64,000 nucleotides of DNA from the human T2T-CHM13v2.0 reference genome, Homo sapiens. Positions 63,916 through 64,000 of the stretch are shown piece after piece; position 1 is the stretch's first letter, and each line of letters opens with the position of its first letter. The notes under the pieces are model-generated. The model was not told where the DNA came from. It saw only the letters and a list, made by a program, of their open reading frames with translations, and made no database searches. A program made the translations under genes and the position numbers. The stretch lies in NCBI RefSeq assembly GCF_009914755.1, contig NC_060927.1. The stretch is one strand, 5' to 3'.

Positions 63916-64000
63916 CTACAATAATTATTTTGGTAAATAAGAAAAAATTATATATTCACACAGTGAAACTTGCAATAATGATCAAAGAAGCCAGCTTTCC

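Overview
This is vertebrate, specifically higher-primate (human or ape-like), nuclear DNA. It is AT-rich, CpG-depleted and carries AluY, AluS/J, THE1, L1PA, MER52 and Tigger1 elements. I find no supportable host protein-coding exon, RNA gene, CpG island, CRISPR array or prokaryotic system. The ORF track is chance ORFs plus decayed transposon ORFs (ERV integrase, Tigger1 transposase, L1 ORF2). The window reads as intergenic or deep-intronic sequence rich in interspersed repeats. Main elements: a complete THE1 MaLR with a perfect 5-bp TSD (2829-5121); an internally deleted MER52-type ERV1 provirus retaining integrase and env remnants (14696-19976, minus); an L1M whose 5' UTR holds an array of ~137-bp monomers; an ancient two-LTR MLT1 element; a nested L1/Alu/THE1 stack (37.2-46.2 kb); and a near full-length Tigger1 (48083-50567). 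The most unusual signals are structural: a copy of the provirus/host-L1 junction embedded inside the same LTR, an inverted L1 endonuclease fragment with 9-bp flanking repeats next to the deletion it seems to come from, higher-order structure in the L1 monomer array, and a young 107-bp tandem duplication in Tigger1. I cannot support a novel biological system here. Subfamily names come from recalled consensus sequences and need RepeatMasker/Dfam confirmation; boundaries of old repeats are approximate.
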